In this document: one piece after another, positions 47,953 to 57,905 of the stretch | How positions within the stretch are numbered: the stretch's first letter is position 1 | Layout: each line of letters begins with the position of its first letter | NCBI GenBank assembly: GCA_964588985.1 | Contig: CAZPQW010000006.1 | Location: forward strand, 64,001 to 128,000 | Direction of reading: 5' to 3' | Length of the DNA: 64,000 nucleotides | From: an uncultured Solirubrobacteraceae bacterium | GTDB taxonomy: Bacteria > Actinomycetota > Thermoleophilia > Solirubrobacterales > Solirubrobacteraceae | Program-made: the position numbers and the translations under genes | Notes under the pieces: generated by a model | The model's input: only the letters and a program-made list of their open reading frames with translations | Database searches by the model: none | Told to the model about the DNA's origin: nothing

Positions 47953-49518
47953 CTAATGCAAGCTTTGCGCCGATTTGGCCAGCGCCAACATCTGCTGGTT
48001 CGACAGGTCCTCGAGCAGCGTGTTCGTGAACCAGTAGAGCACCCGACCCTCGCGCCAGCCGATCACGTGGATGTGCGCGCCGTCGTTGACGAAACGGTAG
48101 GAGCGACCGTCGATCTCCTGGGTGCGGGCGTGGGCGAACAGCGGCGGGTTGAGCCAGTCACTGCCCTCGAAGTCGTAGTAGCCGCCGAGCGTGTTCTGGC
48201 GCCACACCACCACGTAGGCGTTGTGTTTTTTGTGCTGCTGGTCTTCGAGTTGGTACGCGCGCACCATCTGCTGCTCGCCCTGCCCGGTCTGCAGCGTGGG
48301 GTAGAGCACCCGGAAGGGCAGGCTCAAAGCCGCTTTGACCGCTTCGGCCTCGCCGCTGGACGGGTACAGGCCCAGGGCGCGCGCCGCAGCGGATGCGGAG
48401 ACGGTGGTGTGGGTCGCCTTCGAGTGGTGATGGTGGCTGGAGGAGTGGTGGGTCGTTTTGGAGGAGGGGAGCACGAGCTGTTCGTGGCCGTGCAGGAAGT
48501 TCGCGAGCGTCTGTTTCTCCAGTTCCGGAGTGGAGGTGACGTAGGAGCCGCCCTTGACCTGGGCGTTGACGCTGGTCGTCAGGAACTTGACCTGGCGCAG
48601 CGGCTTGGCCTGCGAGAAGGCGACCAGCTTCGTCAGTTCGATCAGCTCGCTCGCCGAGGCGCTGAAGCCGGCCTGGACGATCGCGTGTCCGACCGCTTTG
48701 GCGACGTTGTCGATCTGCCCAAGCTCGTTGCTCGGGCTGATCTGCTCGCGCAGGGAGCGGAGGAAGTCCTGTTGACGCGCGACGCGCACGAAGTCCGAGT
48801 CTTCGTGGCGGTAGCGGACGTAGTCGAGCGCGCTTTCGTAGCACAGCTTCTGGTAGCCGGGCTGAAGGTTGATGCTCGTGTAGTCGGTCGCCGCGGTGCC
48901 GATGTTTTCGTTGAAGTAGTGGTGGTCGACGTTCACGTACGCGCAGCCGAGCGTGTCCACGACCTTGATGAAGCCCTTGAAGTTCACGTCGATGATCCCG
49001 TTCAGCTGCCCCTTCAGTTCGGGGAACACTTCGCGCACGATCGTCTCCGCCGAGAGCACGATCCCGCCCTTCGCGCCGCCGAATTTGCTGCCGATCGTGT
49101 ACGCCGCGTTGATCTTTTCGTTGGCGTAGATGCCGCCGTGCGGGTCGGTGATGTTGACGAGCAGATCGCGCGGGATCGACATCACCGACGTCTGCCCGAG
49201 TTCGGGGTCGAGGCGCACGAGCAGGATCGTGTCGCTGCGGGCCGACGCGTTGCGTTCTTCGCTGTTCCTCGAGCCTTCCCGGCGGTCTGAGCCGAGGACC
49301 AGGAAGGTCTTCGGACCGCCGTTGTACTCCTGCGTCACGAGCCCCTTCGGCGCGTTGATTTTGTTGAGCGCGGGGAACACCTCCGAGGCGATCCCGCCGA
49401 CCGTGTTGAGGGCGACGGTGGCTGTGGCCGCGCCGCTGAGCACGACGATCAGTCCGCCTCCGATCAGGAAGCGCTTCCACATGCCCCACCACATCGAGGG
49501 CGGGCGCTCGTCAGGCAT
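47953..49518 (-). CDS. LCP (LytR-CpsA-Psr) family glycopolymer transferase
   Basis: N-terminal TM, LVLGSD, RSDTILL, SIPRD, KINAAY, YVRYRH.DSDF.R.ARQQ. Confidence 0.93.
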   Translation of the reverse strand: MPDERPPSMWWGMWKRFLIGGGLIVVLSGAATATVALNTVGGIASEVFPALNKINAPKGLVTQEYNGGPKTFLVLGSDRREGSRNSEERNASARSDTILLVRLDPELGQTSVMSIPRDLLVNITDPHGGIYANEKINAAYTIGSKFGGAKGGIVLSAETIVREVFPELKGQLNGIIDVNFKGFIKVVDTLGCAYVNVDHHYFNENIGTAATDYTSINLQPGYQKLCYESALDYVRYRHEDSDFVRVARQQDFLRSLREQISPSNELGQIDNVAKAVGHAIVQAGFSASASELIELTKLVAFSQAKPLRQVKFLTTSVNAQVKGGSYVTSTPELEKQTLANFLHGHEQLVLPSSKTTHHSSSHHHHSKATHTTVSASAAARALGLYPSSGEAEAVKAALSLPFRVLYPTLQTGQGEQQMVRAYQLEDQQHKKHNAYVVVWRQNTLGGYYDFEGSDWLNPPLFAHARTQEIDGRSYRFVNDGAHIHVIGWREGRVLYWFTNTLLEDLSNQQMLALAKSAQSLH

Positions 49519-49626
49519 CTTGTATCGGCGCGCGGCAGCTCATGGGCATGGGGACGAGCACGCGCAACCCCCTGACGGCACGTGCGCTCATTAGCCTAGC
49601 GAGCGGGCCGGAGCGCACGCGCCGGA

Positions 49627-51015
49627 ATGACGGGTACGCTCGATTCGATGCTGAGCCCGCGCAACCGAGAACTGCTGGGTCTCGTGCCCTCCGCGCTGCT
49701 CGTCGCGGCCGGGTTCGCCGCGATCTTCATCCAGGCCCAGAACGACACGTCGGGCGCGTCGACCAACCTGACGCTCAACAACCTCTCCGGCGTGTCGCTG
49801 TCCTACGGCGCCGTGTTCCTGGGCCTGTGCGTGGCCGCGCACGTGGTGATCCGCTACGCGCTGCCGCACGCCGACCCCTACCTGTTCCCGCTCGTGGCGG
49901 TGCTCGCGAGCATCGGGATCGTGATGGTCTACCGGATCGACCCGGTGCTGGCTCGCCAGCAGGCGCTGTGGATGGTGATCGGCCTGGGGCTGTTCGCCGC
50001 GACGATCCTCGCGCTGCGCCGGCAGGGGGTGGCGGTACTCGAGCGCTACCGCTACACGATCGCCGCCGTCGGGATCGCGATGGCGGTGCTGCCGCGGTTT
50101 CCCGGCATCGGCGAGCAGGTCAACGGCGCCTACCTCGACATCCACTTCGGCAAAGTGTCCTTCCAGCCGGCCGAGCTCGCGAAGGTCGCGATCGTGATCT
50201 TCCTCGCCTCCTACCTGCGCGACAATCGCCAGATCCTCGTGACCGCGGGACGGCGCCTGCTCGGCGTGACGATCCCGCCGATGAAGCAGTTCGGCCCGAT
50301 GCTGATCGTGTGGGGGGCGTCGATGGCGACGCTTCTGATCACCCGCGAGCTCGGCACCTCGCTGATGTTCTACGGCGCGTTCCTCGCGCTTCTGTACGTC
50401 GCCACCGGGCGCTTCTCGTTCCCGCTGATCGGGCTCGTGCTGTTCTCGCTCGGGGCGTGGTTCCTCGCGGTGCACGTGAGTCACGTCCAGGCGCGCGTGC
50501 TGGCGTGGGAACACCCATTCGACCCGGCCCTCTACAAACTCCCGGTGGGGGGCAGCTACCAGCTCGCCCAGTCGCTGTTCGCGCAGGCCGACGGCGGGCT
50601 GCTCGGCACCGGCTTCGACCGCTCGCTTCTGCGCGCGTCCCACCACGGCTCCTCGATCCTGCCGGTCCCCGAAAGCGACATGATCTACGCGGTCATCACC
50701 AACGAGCTCGGGCTGCTCGGCGCCGCGGCGCTGCTGCTGGTGTACCTGCTGTTCGTCGCGCGCGGCCTGAAGACGGCGATCCTCGCGCGCGACTCGTTCT
50801 CCAAGCTGCTCGCCACGGGACTCTCGTTCGTGGTGGCGATGCAGGTGTTCGTGATCGTCGGCGGCGTCACCCGCGTGATCCCGCTGACGGGCGTCACGTT
50901 GCCCTTCGTCGCCTACGGCGGGTCCTCCGTGGTGATGAACTTCGTGCTCGTCGCGCTGCTGCTCGTCGTCTCAGATCGCGCGCGCAGGCCGTATTCGAGG
51001 CCCGCGCGCGCCTGA
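49627..51015 (+). CDS. FtsW/RodA/SpoVE family SEDS protein
   Basis: ADPYLFP, FQPAELAK, GGSYQLAQS, DMIYAVITNELG, PLTGVTLPFVAYGGSS. Confidence 0.93.
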   Translation: MTGTLDSMLSPRNRELLGLVPSALLVAAGFAAIFIQAQNDTSGASTNLTLNNLSGVSLSYGAVFLGLCVAAHVVIRYALPHADPYLFPLVAVLASIGIVMVYRIDPVLARQQALWMVIGLGLFAATILALRRQGVAVLERYRYTIAAVGIAMAVLPRFPGIGEQVNGAYLDIHFGKVSFQPAELAKVAIVIFLASYLRDNRQILVTAGRRLLGVTIPPMKQFGPMLIVWGASMATLLITRELGTSLMFYGAFLALLYVATGRFSFPLIGLVLFSLGAWFLAVHVSHVQARVLAWEHPFDPALYKLPVGGSYQLAQSLFAQADGGLLGTGFDRSLLRASHHGSSILPVPESDMIYAVITNELGLLGAAALLLVYLLFVARGLKTAILARDSFSKLLATGLSFVVAMQVFVIVGGVTRVIPLTGVTLPFVAYGGSSVVMNFVLVALLLVVSDRARRPYSRPARA

Positions 51016-51103
51016 TTCGCACGCCGAGAGGCGCTGGGCGTCCTCGTTCAGGATCGCCGGCGCCGCAGGTGAGCCCGGCGAGCTGTCGAAGACCGTCGCT
51101 GCG

Positions 51104-51988
51104 ATGCTCAGCTCCACCGCCAACGCAGCGACGCCGCGAGTGTTCCTGCGCACGCCGCCGTCGCCGAGGTTCAGGCGCTACCGCGGCCTGCCGGAGGCGC
51201 GCGAGCTCGCGGAAGGGTTCTGCTCGCCCGCCGGCCTGCACAGGCGGCCATGGCTGCAGCGGCTGCGCCGCGCGCTCGACGAGGACCTGTTCGTCCTTCA
51301 CTTCCAGCCGATCGTCTCGCTCGCGGACGGGACGGTGTCCCACCACGAGGCGCTGGTGCGCCTCGCCGACGAGGACGACGGGCAGCTGGTCGCGCCGGGG
51401 ATGTTCCTGCCTGCCGCCGAGCGCTACGGGCTGATCCGCGACATCGACCGGATGGTGCTCGACAAGGTTGCCGCGCTGCTCGGGGACGAGTGCGCCGGCC
51501 GGGACGTCACGCTCGCGATGAACGTCTCCGCGGTGTCGGTCACGGACGGCTCGATGCTCGCCCACCTCGAGCGCTGCCTCGCCCGACACGCGGTCGATCC
51601 CGCGCGGCTCGTCGTCGAGGTCACGGAGACCGCGGCGATCTCCGACATGCGGAGCGCGCGCGACTTCTGCGCCGGGGTGATCGCGCTCGGCTGCTCGGTC
51701 GCGCTCGACGACTTCGGCGCGGGCTTCGGCTCGTTCCAGTACCTCAAGCACCTGCCGTTCACCTACCTGAAGATCGACGGCGACTTCATCCGCCGGCTGC
51801 CCGTCTCGCGCACCGACCAGCTGGTCGTGAAGGCGCTCGCGGGCGTCGTCAGCGGGATGGGCAGGCAGACGATCGCCGAGTTCGTCGGCGACCAGGACAC
51901 GATGAGCATGCTGCGCTGCTACGGCGTGGACTACGCGCAGGGCTTCGAGGTCGGGCGCCCCGTCGCGGGCATCCCCACCGCGGCGTAG
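51104..51988 (+). CDS. Stand-alone EAL domain c-di-GMP phosphodiesterase
   Basis: FQPIV, HEALVRL, VEVTE, LDDFGAGFGS, LKIDG, AEFV, QGF; start uncertain. Confidence 0.9.
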   Translation: MLSSTANAATPRVFLRTPPSPRFRRYRGLPEARELAEGFCSPAGLHRRPWLQRLRRALDEDLFVLHFQPIVSLADGTVSHHEALVRLADEDDGQLVAPGMFLPAAERYGLIRDIDRMVLDKVAALLGDECAGRDVTLAMNVSAVSVTDGSMLAHLERCLARHAVDPARLVVEVTETAAISDMRSARDFCAGVIALGCSVALDDFGAGFGSFQYLKHLPFTYLKIDGDFIRRLPVSRTDQLVVKALAGVVSGMGRQTIAEFVGDQDTMSMLRCYGVDYAQGFEVGRPVAGIPTAA

Positions 51989-52005
51989 ACGCCCGCCGAG
52001 CGTCT

Positions 52006-52857
52006 CTACTTCGGCTGCGGGAACTGCTGGCGCATCGCCGCGTCCCACGCCCGATCGGGCAGCAGCCGTCGCGTGAGGATCGACAGCTTCGCCGACGGGG
52101 TGATCGTGATCCGCGCGGGCGGCCGGCGGCGCGTGATCGCGCGCTCGATCACCTTCGCCACCCGGTCGGGGCCCGCGCCGAGCATCCGCATCGGGCCGTC
52201 GTAGGCGCCTTTGGTGATCGCGCCCACGGTCGCGTTGAAGCGCGCGTATGGGTCGTCGCTCGAGCTGCTCACGTCGGCCATGCTCGCGGTCGCCGCCTCG
52301 CCGAACTCGGTCGTGATCAGCCCCGGCTCGAGCAGCACCACGTCGACGCCGAAGCCGCGCACCTCGAAGCGCAGCGCGTCGGAAATCGCCTCGAGCGCGT
52401 GCTTGGTCGCGTGGTAGTGCCCGCCGCCGGGGAAGGTCAGCAGGCCGCCCATCGAGCCGATGTTCACGATCTTGCCCCAGCGCTGCGCGCGCATCTTCGG
52501 CAGCACCAGCTGGGTCAGCCGCACTAGGCCGAACACGTTCGTCTCGAACTGGCGGCGCATCGCCTCCACCGGCACCGTCTCGATCGCGCCGCTCTGGCTG
52601 TAGCCGGCGTTGTTGACCAGCACGCCCACCGCGCCGTGCTCGCGCTCCACCTCCGCCACCGCCGCCTGCATCGAGGTCTCGTCGGTCACGTCGAGCGCGA
52701 GCGTGCGACAGCCGGCGTCCTTCAGATCATCGATCGTCTCCGGACGCCGCGCGGTCGCGTACACCGTCCAGCCCGAGCCGGCGAGGCGCAGCGCGGTCGC
52801 GCGGCCGATGCCGGAGGAGCAGCCCGTGATCAGCACCGCCTTCGAGGGTTCGGCCAT
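52006..52857 (-). CDS. Short-chain dehydrogenase/reductase
   Basis: ITGCSSGIG, NNAG, YHATK; TATGCT -10 box 6 nt before the ATG. Confidence 0.93.
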   Translation of the reverse strand: MAEPSKAVLITGCSSGIGRATALRLAGSGWTVYATARRPETIDDLKDAGCRTLALDVTDETSMQAAVAEVEREHGAVGVLVNNAGYSQSGAIETVPVEAMRRQFETNVFGLVRLTQLVLPKMRAQRWGKIVNIGSMGGLLTFPGGGHYHATKHALEAISDALRFEVRGFGVDVVLLEPGLITTEFGEAATASMADVSSSSDDPYARFNATVGAITKGAYDGPMRMLGAGPDRVAKVIERAITRRRPPARITITPSAKLSILTRRLLPDRAWDAAMRQQFPQPK

Positions 52858-52917
52858 CGGCGGAGCATAAGGCCTGGATGCGGGTTGACAGAGCGCGCGA
52901 GAGGTAGGCTTGCGCGT

Positions 52918-54420
52918 ATGAACACTTCCTCCGCAGCCACCCTCCCCGACGCGCTGGGAGCCCCGGCGCGCGAGTTCGTGTCCAAGCCCCATCTCCTGCT
53001 GATCGGCGACGAGCGACTGGAGGCGGCCGACGGGCGCACGTTCGCGACGCTCGACCCGTCCAGCGGAAGCGAGATCGCGCAGGTCGCACTTGGCGGCGTG
53101 GACGACGTAGACCGTGCGGTCGCGGCTGCGCGCGCTGCGTTCGCGGAGGGGCCGTGGGGGTCGATGGTGGCCTCTGGTCGCGAGCGGCTGATGCACCTGC
53201 TCGCGCAGGCGCTCGAAGACCGCGCCGAGGAGTTCGCCCAGATCGAGTCGCTCGACAACGGCAAGCCCGTCGGCCTCGCCCAGTACGTCGACGTCGCCGG
53301 CGCGGTCGCGCACCTGCGCTACTACGCCGGCTGGCCCACCAAGATCGAGGGCGGCGTGCTGCCGGTGGGCGCGCCGAACATGCACTGCTACACCCGCAGC
53401 GAACCGGTCGGCGTGGCCGCGCAGATCATCCCGTGGAACTTCCCGCTGCTGATGGCCGCGTGGAAGCTCGGGCCCGCGCTCGCGGCCGGCTGCACGGTCG
53501 TGCTCAAGCCCGCCGAGCAGACCCCGCTCAGCGCGCTGCGCCTCGGCGAGCTCGCGCTCGAGGTCGGCTTCCCGCCGGGTGTGGTCAACGTGCTCACCGG
53601 CGACGGCTCCACCGGTGCGGCGCTCGTGGACCATCCGGACGTCGACAAGGTCGCGTTCACCGGGTCGACCGCCGTGGGGCGCGAGATCGGCTCGAAGGCC
53701 GGCCGCGCGCTCAAGCGCGTCACGCTCGAGCTGGGCGGCAAGTCGCCGAACATCATCCTGCCCGACGCAGACATCGACGCCGCGATCAAGGGCTCCTACC
53801 AGGCGATCTACTTCAACACCGGGCAGGCGTGCAACGCCGGCTCGCGCCTGTTCGTCCCGAAGGAGCGCTTCGACGAGGTGATGAGCGGCCTGGCCGCCGC
53901 GGCCAGCTCCGCGCGCCTCGGGCCGGGCCTCGAGCAGGGCACCCAGCTCGGGCCGGTCGTCTCCGCCGAGCAGCACGAGCGCGTAATGGGCTACATCGAA
54001 GGGGGTCGCGCGGAAGGCGCCGAGCTGCTCGCCGGCGGCGAGGCGGCGCTCGCCGACAGCGGCGGCTACTTCATCGCGCCGACGCTGTTCGCCACCACCT
54101 CAGACGATCTGCGCATCGCGCGGGAGGAGATCTTCGGGCCGGTGCTCGTCGCCTCGCCGTACGACTCGCTCGAGGAGGTCGCCGCCCGCGCGAACGAGGG
54201 CGACTACGGCCTCGCTGCGGGCGTGTGGACGCGCGATCTCTCCAGCGCCCACCGCATGGCCGCGCTGCTGCGCGCGGGCATGGTCTACGTCAACACGTGG
54301 GGCCTGGCCGACCCGGCGGCGCCGTTCGGCGGGTTCAAGTCCTCCGGCATCGGGCGCGAGCACGGCCGCGACGGCCTCGACGCGTACCTCGAGACCAAGA
54401 CGGTCTGGACAGCGCTTTGA
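52918..54420 (+). CDS. Aldehyde dehydrogenase
   Basis: PWNFP, KPAEQTP, FTGST, LELGGKSP, GQAC, EEIFGPV, PFGGFKSSG. Confidence 0.95.
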   Translation: MNTSSAATLPDALGAPAREFVSKPHLLLIGDERLEAADGRTFATLDPSSGSEIAQVALGGVDDVDRAVAAARAAFAEGPWGSMVASGRERLMHLLAQALEDRAEEFAQIESLDNGKPVGLAQYVDVAGAVAHLRYYAGWPTKIEGGVLPVGAPNMHCYTRSEPVGVAAQIIPWNFPLLMAAWKLGPALAAGCTVVLKPAEQTPLSALRLGELALEVGFPPGVVNVLTGDGSTGAALVDHPDVDKVAFTGSTAVGREIGSKAGRALKRVTLELGGKSPNIILPDADIDAAIKGSYQAIYFNTGQACNAGSRLFVPKERFDEVMSGLAAAASSARLGPGLEQGTQLGPVVSAEQHERVMGYIEGGRAEGAELLAGGEAALADSGGYFIAPTLFATTSDDLRIAREEIFGPVLVASPYDSLEEVAARANEGDYGLAAGVWTRDLSSAHRMAALLRAGMVYVNTWGLADPAAPFGGFKSSGIGREHGRDGLDAYLETKTVWTAL

Positions 54421-54433
54421 GTCTCGCCGCTTC

Positions 54434-55774
54434 GTGAGCGCGGTCGCACAGAGCCAGCCCGCCCCGATCAGCGTCCGCTCCGAGCGCTGGGTGCCCGCGC
54501 TCGGCGCGCTGCTCGCGCTGGCGATGCTAGCCGCGACCGGCGAGATCGTCGTCGACGGCACCGCCGCCGTCTCGCCGGTGATCCCCAAGTCGCCCGTCAT
54601 CGCGGGCTGGTTGTCGGGGATCGGCGAGCGCCTCGACTTCCGCATGTTCCTCCTCGCGCTGCTCGTCGCGATCGGCGGCTACGCGGGGATGCTCGCGCTC
54701 GCGCGGCTCGGTTCCGTCGGGCGTGTCTCGAAACGGTGGGCGATCGTCCTGATCGCGGCGCTGCACGGGGTCGTGTTCCTCGGCCCGATACTCCTCTCCA
54801 CCGACGTGTTCAGCTACATCGCCTACGCGCGCATGGGCGTCGAGCACGGCCTCAACCCCTACCTGCACGGACCGGCGGCGATCTCGCGCGATCCCGTGTT
54901 CCAGTACGTCGGGCACGACTGGCGCCGCGTCGCCACCGCCTACGGGCCTCTGTACACGCTCATCACCTACCCGCTCGCGCCGCTCGGCGTGGTCGGCGCG
55001 GTGTGGGCGATGAAGGTCGAGGCGCTGCTCGCGAGCGCCGCGACGCTCGCGCTGGTCTGGCGCTGCGCGCGCCAGCGTGGCCTCGACCCCGTGTGGGCGA
55101 TCCTCGTCGTCGGCGCCAACCCGCTGTACGTGATCTACGGGCTCGGCGGCGCGCACAACGACCTGATCATGATGGCGATGATGATGGCCGCGGTCACACT
55201 CACGATCGCCCCCCGCGCGTCAGCCAAGGGCGAAGCGGGCGCGGCGGGCCTGGTGGTGGCGGGCGCGCTCGTAAAGGCCACCGTCGCGGCGCTGCTGCCG
55301 TTCATGGTCGTCTCCAGGCGACGGCTCGCTCCGATCCTCGGCGCGCTCGCGGCGCTCGTGCTCGGCGCGCTCGTCGGCTACGTCGCGTTCGGGATCCACG
55401 GCATTGACGTCGTAGCCGCGCTCAACCGCGACGCCGCGTTCGTCTCCAGCGACAGCTTCGCCACCGAGCTCGCGCACCTGTTCGGCAAGCCCGGCGTGTT
55501 CCCCGTCGACCACGACCTGCTCAAGGCGAGCCTCGTGCTGATCGTCCTTCACCTGCTGTGGCGCACGTGGCGCGGATACGACTGGGTGGCCGCCTCCGGC
55601 TGGGCGCTGCTCGCGATCTCCGTCACGAGCACGTGGCTGCTCGCGTGGTACATCCTCTGGCCGCTGCCGCTCGCCGTCGTCACCCGCGACAGGCGGCTGT
55701 TGATCGCGACGCTCGCGATCCAGTCGATGTTCGTCGTGCATCAACTCACCCCGCTCATGGCGGAAGTCAAATGA
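54434..55774 (+). CDS. MptA/MptB-like polyprenol-phosphomannose-dependent (GT-C) glycosyltransferase
   Basis: STDVFSY...G.NPY, TAYGPL, NPL...GGAHND, WYILW. Confidence 0.8.
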   Translation: MSAVAQSQPAPISVRSERWVPALGALLALAMLAATGEIVVDGTAAVSPVIPKSPVIAGWLSGIGERLDFRMFLLALLVAIGGYAGMLALARLGSVGRVSKRWAIVLIAALHGVVFLGPILLSTDVFSYIAYARMGVEHGLNPYLHGPAAISRDPVFQYVGHDWRRVATAYGPLYTLITYPLAPLGVVGAVWAMKVEALLASAATLALVWRCARQRGLDPVWAILVVGANPLYVIYGLGGAHNDLIMMAMMMAAVTLTIAPRASAKGEAGAAGLVVAGALVKATVAALLPFMVVSRRRLAPILGALAALVLGALVGYVAFGIHGIDVVAALNRDAAFVSSDSFATELAHLFGKPGVFPVDHDLLKASLVLIVLHLLWRTWRGYDWVAASGWALLAISVTSTWLLAWYILWPLPLAVVTRDRRLLIATLAIQSMFVVHQLTPLMAEVK

Positions 55775-56262
55775 ACACCCCGAGCGCACCGGCCGCGGAC
55801 GGGCGATGGGCGGCGCTGCCCACATGGTTGCGCCCTCGCGACACGGAGTTCTCCGCCACCGGCCGCACGCGGCTGGTCGAGACGACGCTGTTGGTGCTCG
55901 TCGCGCTGCTGCTCGCCACCGCCACCGTCAACGACCTGATGCGCAACCGGAACGTCAACGAGCGTCTGATCGCGGATCTGCGCACGTGGCGCGCATACAC
56001 GGGACACGACTATCTAAACCTCACGATCAGCCAGGAACTGCTCGGCCCCACGAGCATCCAGCGCGAGGTGGTCTGCGGCAACACCGCGCCCGGAGCGCCG
56101 AAAGCGACGATCGAGATCTGCCTCGCGATCTGGGGGCCCACGGCGAACGGGCGCCGGGCGGTGCACGGCGGCTGGTACCTGCCGGCGAAAGCGCAGGACG
56201 ACACGCGCTCCCTACGTTATGGCTGCTTCGGGCCGGCCTCCCGCGGGATGTGCCCGCGATGA
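55771..56262 (+). CDS. Membrane-anchored hypothetical protein
   Basis: One TM followed by a Cys-containing extracellular domain; start and stop overlap the flanking genes. Confidence 0.65.
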   Translation: MNTPSAPAADGRWAALPTWLRPRDTEFSATGRTRLVETTLLVLVALLLATATVNDLMRNRNVNERLIADLRTWRAYTGHDYLNLTISQELLGPTSIQREVVCGNTAPGAPKATIEICLAIWGPTANGRRAVHGGWYLPAKAQDDTRSLRYGCFGPASRGMCPR

Positions 56263-57839
56263 GCGCAGCCGCGCCCGCCGCGCCCGCGCCAGCCGCGGCG
56301 AACGGGTCCGGCGCACGCATCAGCAGCCTGCCCGCGTGGTGGCCGCTCGCGGCGCTCACGCTGCTCGCCGCGCTCCTGCGGCTCTCCACGCTCGACCTGC
56401 AGAGCTTCTGGTACGACGAGGCGTTCACGCCCGTGCACGTGTTGCACCCGAGCCTATGGGCGACGCTGCGCTCGGTCGTCCACACGGAGAACTCGCCGCC
56501 CCTGTGGTACCTGCTCGCGTGGGCGGACTCGCGCGTGCTCGGGACAGGCGAGATCGCGCTGCGCCTGCCTTCCGCGCTCGCAGGTATCGCCACCGTGCCC
56601 GTCGCGTGGGCGATCGGGCGCGAGCTCGCCAGCCGCCGCGCGGCGATCGTGTGCGCGGCGCTTGTCGCCGTCAACCCGCTGTTCGTTTGGTACTCGCAGG
56701 AGGCGCGCGTGTACGGGCTGTTCGTGCTCACCGCCGCGGTCGCGATGCTGTGCTTCCTGCGCGCCGAGCGGGACCCGACGCCAGGGCGCCTCGCGGGGTT
56801 CGCCGCCGCGGGTGCGCTCGCGCTGCTGACCCACTACTTCGTGGTGTTCCTGCTCGCGCCGATGGTGGTGTGGCTGGTGTTCGGGCGGCGTGCGGACGGC
56901 AGGCAGGCGGGCTCCCGAGCGGCGCTGGGTGCATGCGGCGCGATCGTCCTCGTCGGCGTGGCGCTGCTGCCGCTGATCTCCGCGCAGGGTGGGCACGGCA
57001 CGCAGTGGATCGGGCGCTGGCCGCTGTCCGAGCGGCTGCAGGCGATACCGCAGTACTTCCTCACCGGCTACTCAGGCGAGCCGCTCGGGCGCGGGATCGA
57101 GCTGCTCGTCGCTCTGCCGATCCTCACGGGCGTGGGCCTGTGGCTGTGGCGCTGGCTCGAGCAACCCGCGGCGGTGCGCGCACGCAACGCCGCCGCCGAC
57201 CCCGCGGGCGCGGAGCTGGCGGCCAGCGAGCGCCGTGGCGCGCTGATCGCCCTTTCGATCGCCGCGTGCGGGGTGCTGATCCCGGTGCTGCTCGCGGTGC
57301 TCGGCGCGGACTACCTCGCCCCTCGCAACCTCGTCGCGGCGATGATCCCCGTGACGGCGCTGATCGCGGTGCTGCTCGCCTCGCCGAGCGTCGGTCGCGC
57401 CGGCACGCCACTCGCGCTGATCGTCGCGCTGGCGTTCGCGGCGATCTCGCTCGACGTCGAGCTCAGCCCGCGGCTGCAGCGCGGCAACTGGCGCGACGTC
57501 GCGCACGCACTGCGCGCAGACGGCCGCCAGCGCGCGATCACGACCGTCGAGCTGGGCGCCGCGCCGCTCGAGTACTACCTGTCCGGCCTGCACAACCTTC
57601 GCGCAGGGCGCACCGTCGAGGTGAGCGAGATCGACGAGACCGGCTACTCGCCGTTGCGCGCCTCCGCCGGCGATCCGCCCGCGCCCGGATTCCGGCTGCT
57701 CGCGCGGCTGAACATCGACGGTCTGATCGTCTACCGCTTCGTCTCGGCGACTCCACGCGCGGTCTCCGAGACGACGCTGCGGCGCCACGTGATCACACTC
57801 GCGCACCCCGAGGTGCTGGTGCCTGCCGCTTCGGGGTAG
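56259..57839 (+). CDS. GT39/PMT_2-like membrane glycosyltransferase
   Basis: QSFWYDE, PPLWY, LRLPSAL, YSQEARVY, THYF. Confidence 0.82.
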   Translation: MSAAAPAAPAPAAANGSGARISSLPAWWPLAALTLLAALLRLSTLDLQSFWYDEAFTPVHVLHPSLWATLRSVVHTENSPPLWYLLAWADSRVLGTGEIALRLPSALAGIATVPVAWAIGRELASRRAAIVCAALVAVNPLFVWYSQEARVYGLFVLTAAVAMLCFLRAERDPTPGRLAGFAAAGALALLTHYFVVFLLAPMVVWLVFGRRADGRQAGSRAALGACGAIVLVGVALLPLISAQGGHGTQWIGRWPLSERLQAIPQYFLTGYSGEPLGRGIELLVALPILTGVGLWLWRWLEQPAAVRARNAAADPAGAELAASERRGALIALSIAACGVLIPVLLAVLGADYLAPRNLVAAMIPVTALIAVLLASPSVGRAGTPLALIVALAFAAISLDVELSPRLQRGNWRDVAHALRADGRQRAITTVELGAAPLEYYLSGLHNLRAGRTVEVSEIDETGYSPLRASAGDPPAPGFRLLARLNIDGLIVYRFVSATPRAVSETTLRRHVITLAHPEVLVPAASG

Positions 57840-57905
57840 AGGCGCGAAGATGAGATCTTGCATGCGCAACCGTCGTCTGGCACGAAAAGGATCTAGTTTT
57901 TGAGC

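Noticed and set aside
52885-52910. Canonical TTGACA/-10 promoter for the ALDH gene
   Set aside because: The spacer between TTGACA and TAGGCT is only 14 nt, so only the -10 element is credited.
57878-57896. Sigma-54 promoter (TGGCACG) before shc
   Set aside because: No TTGC -12 element at the required spacing.
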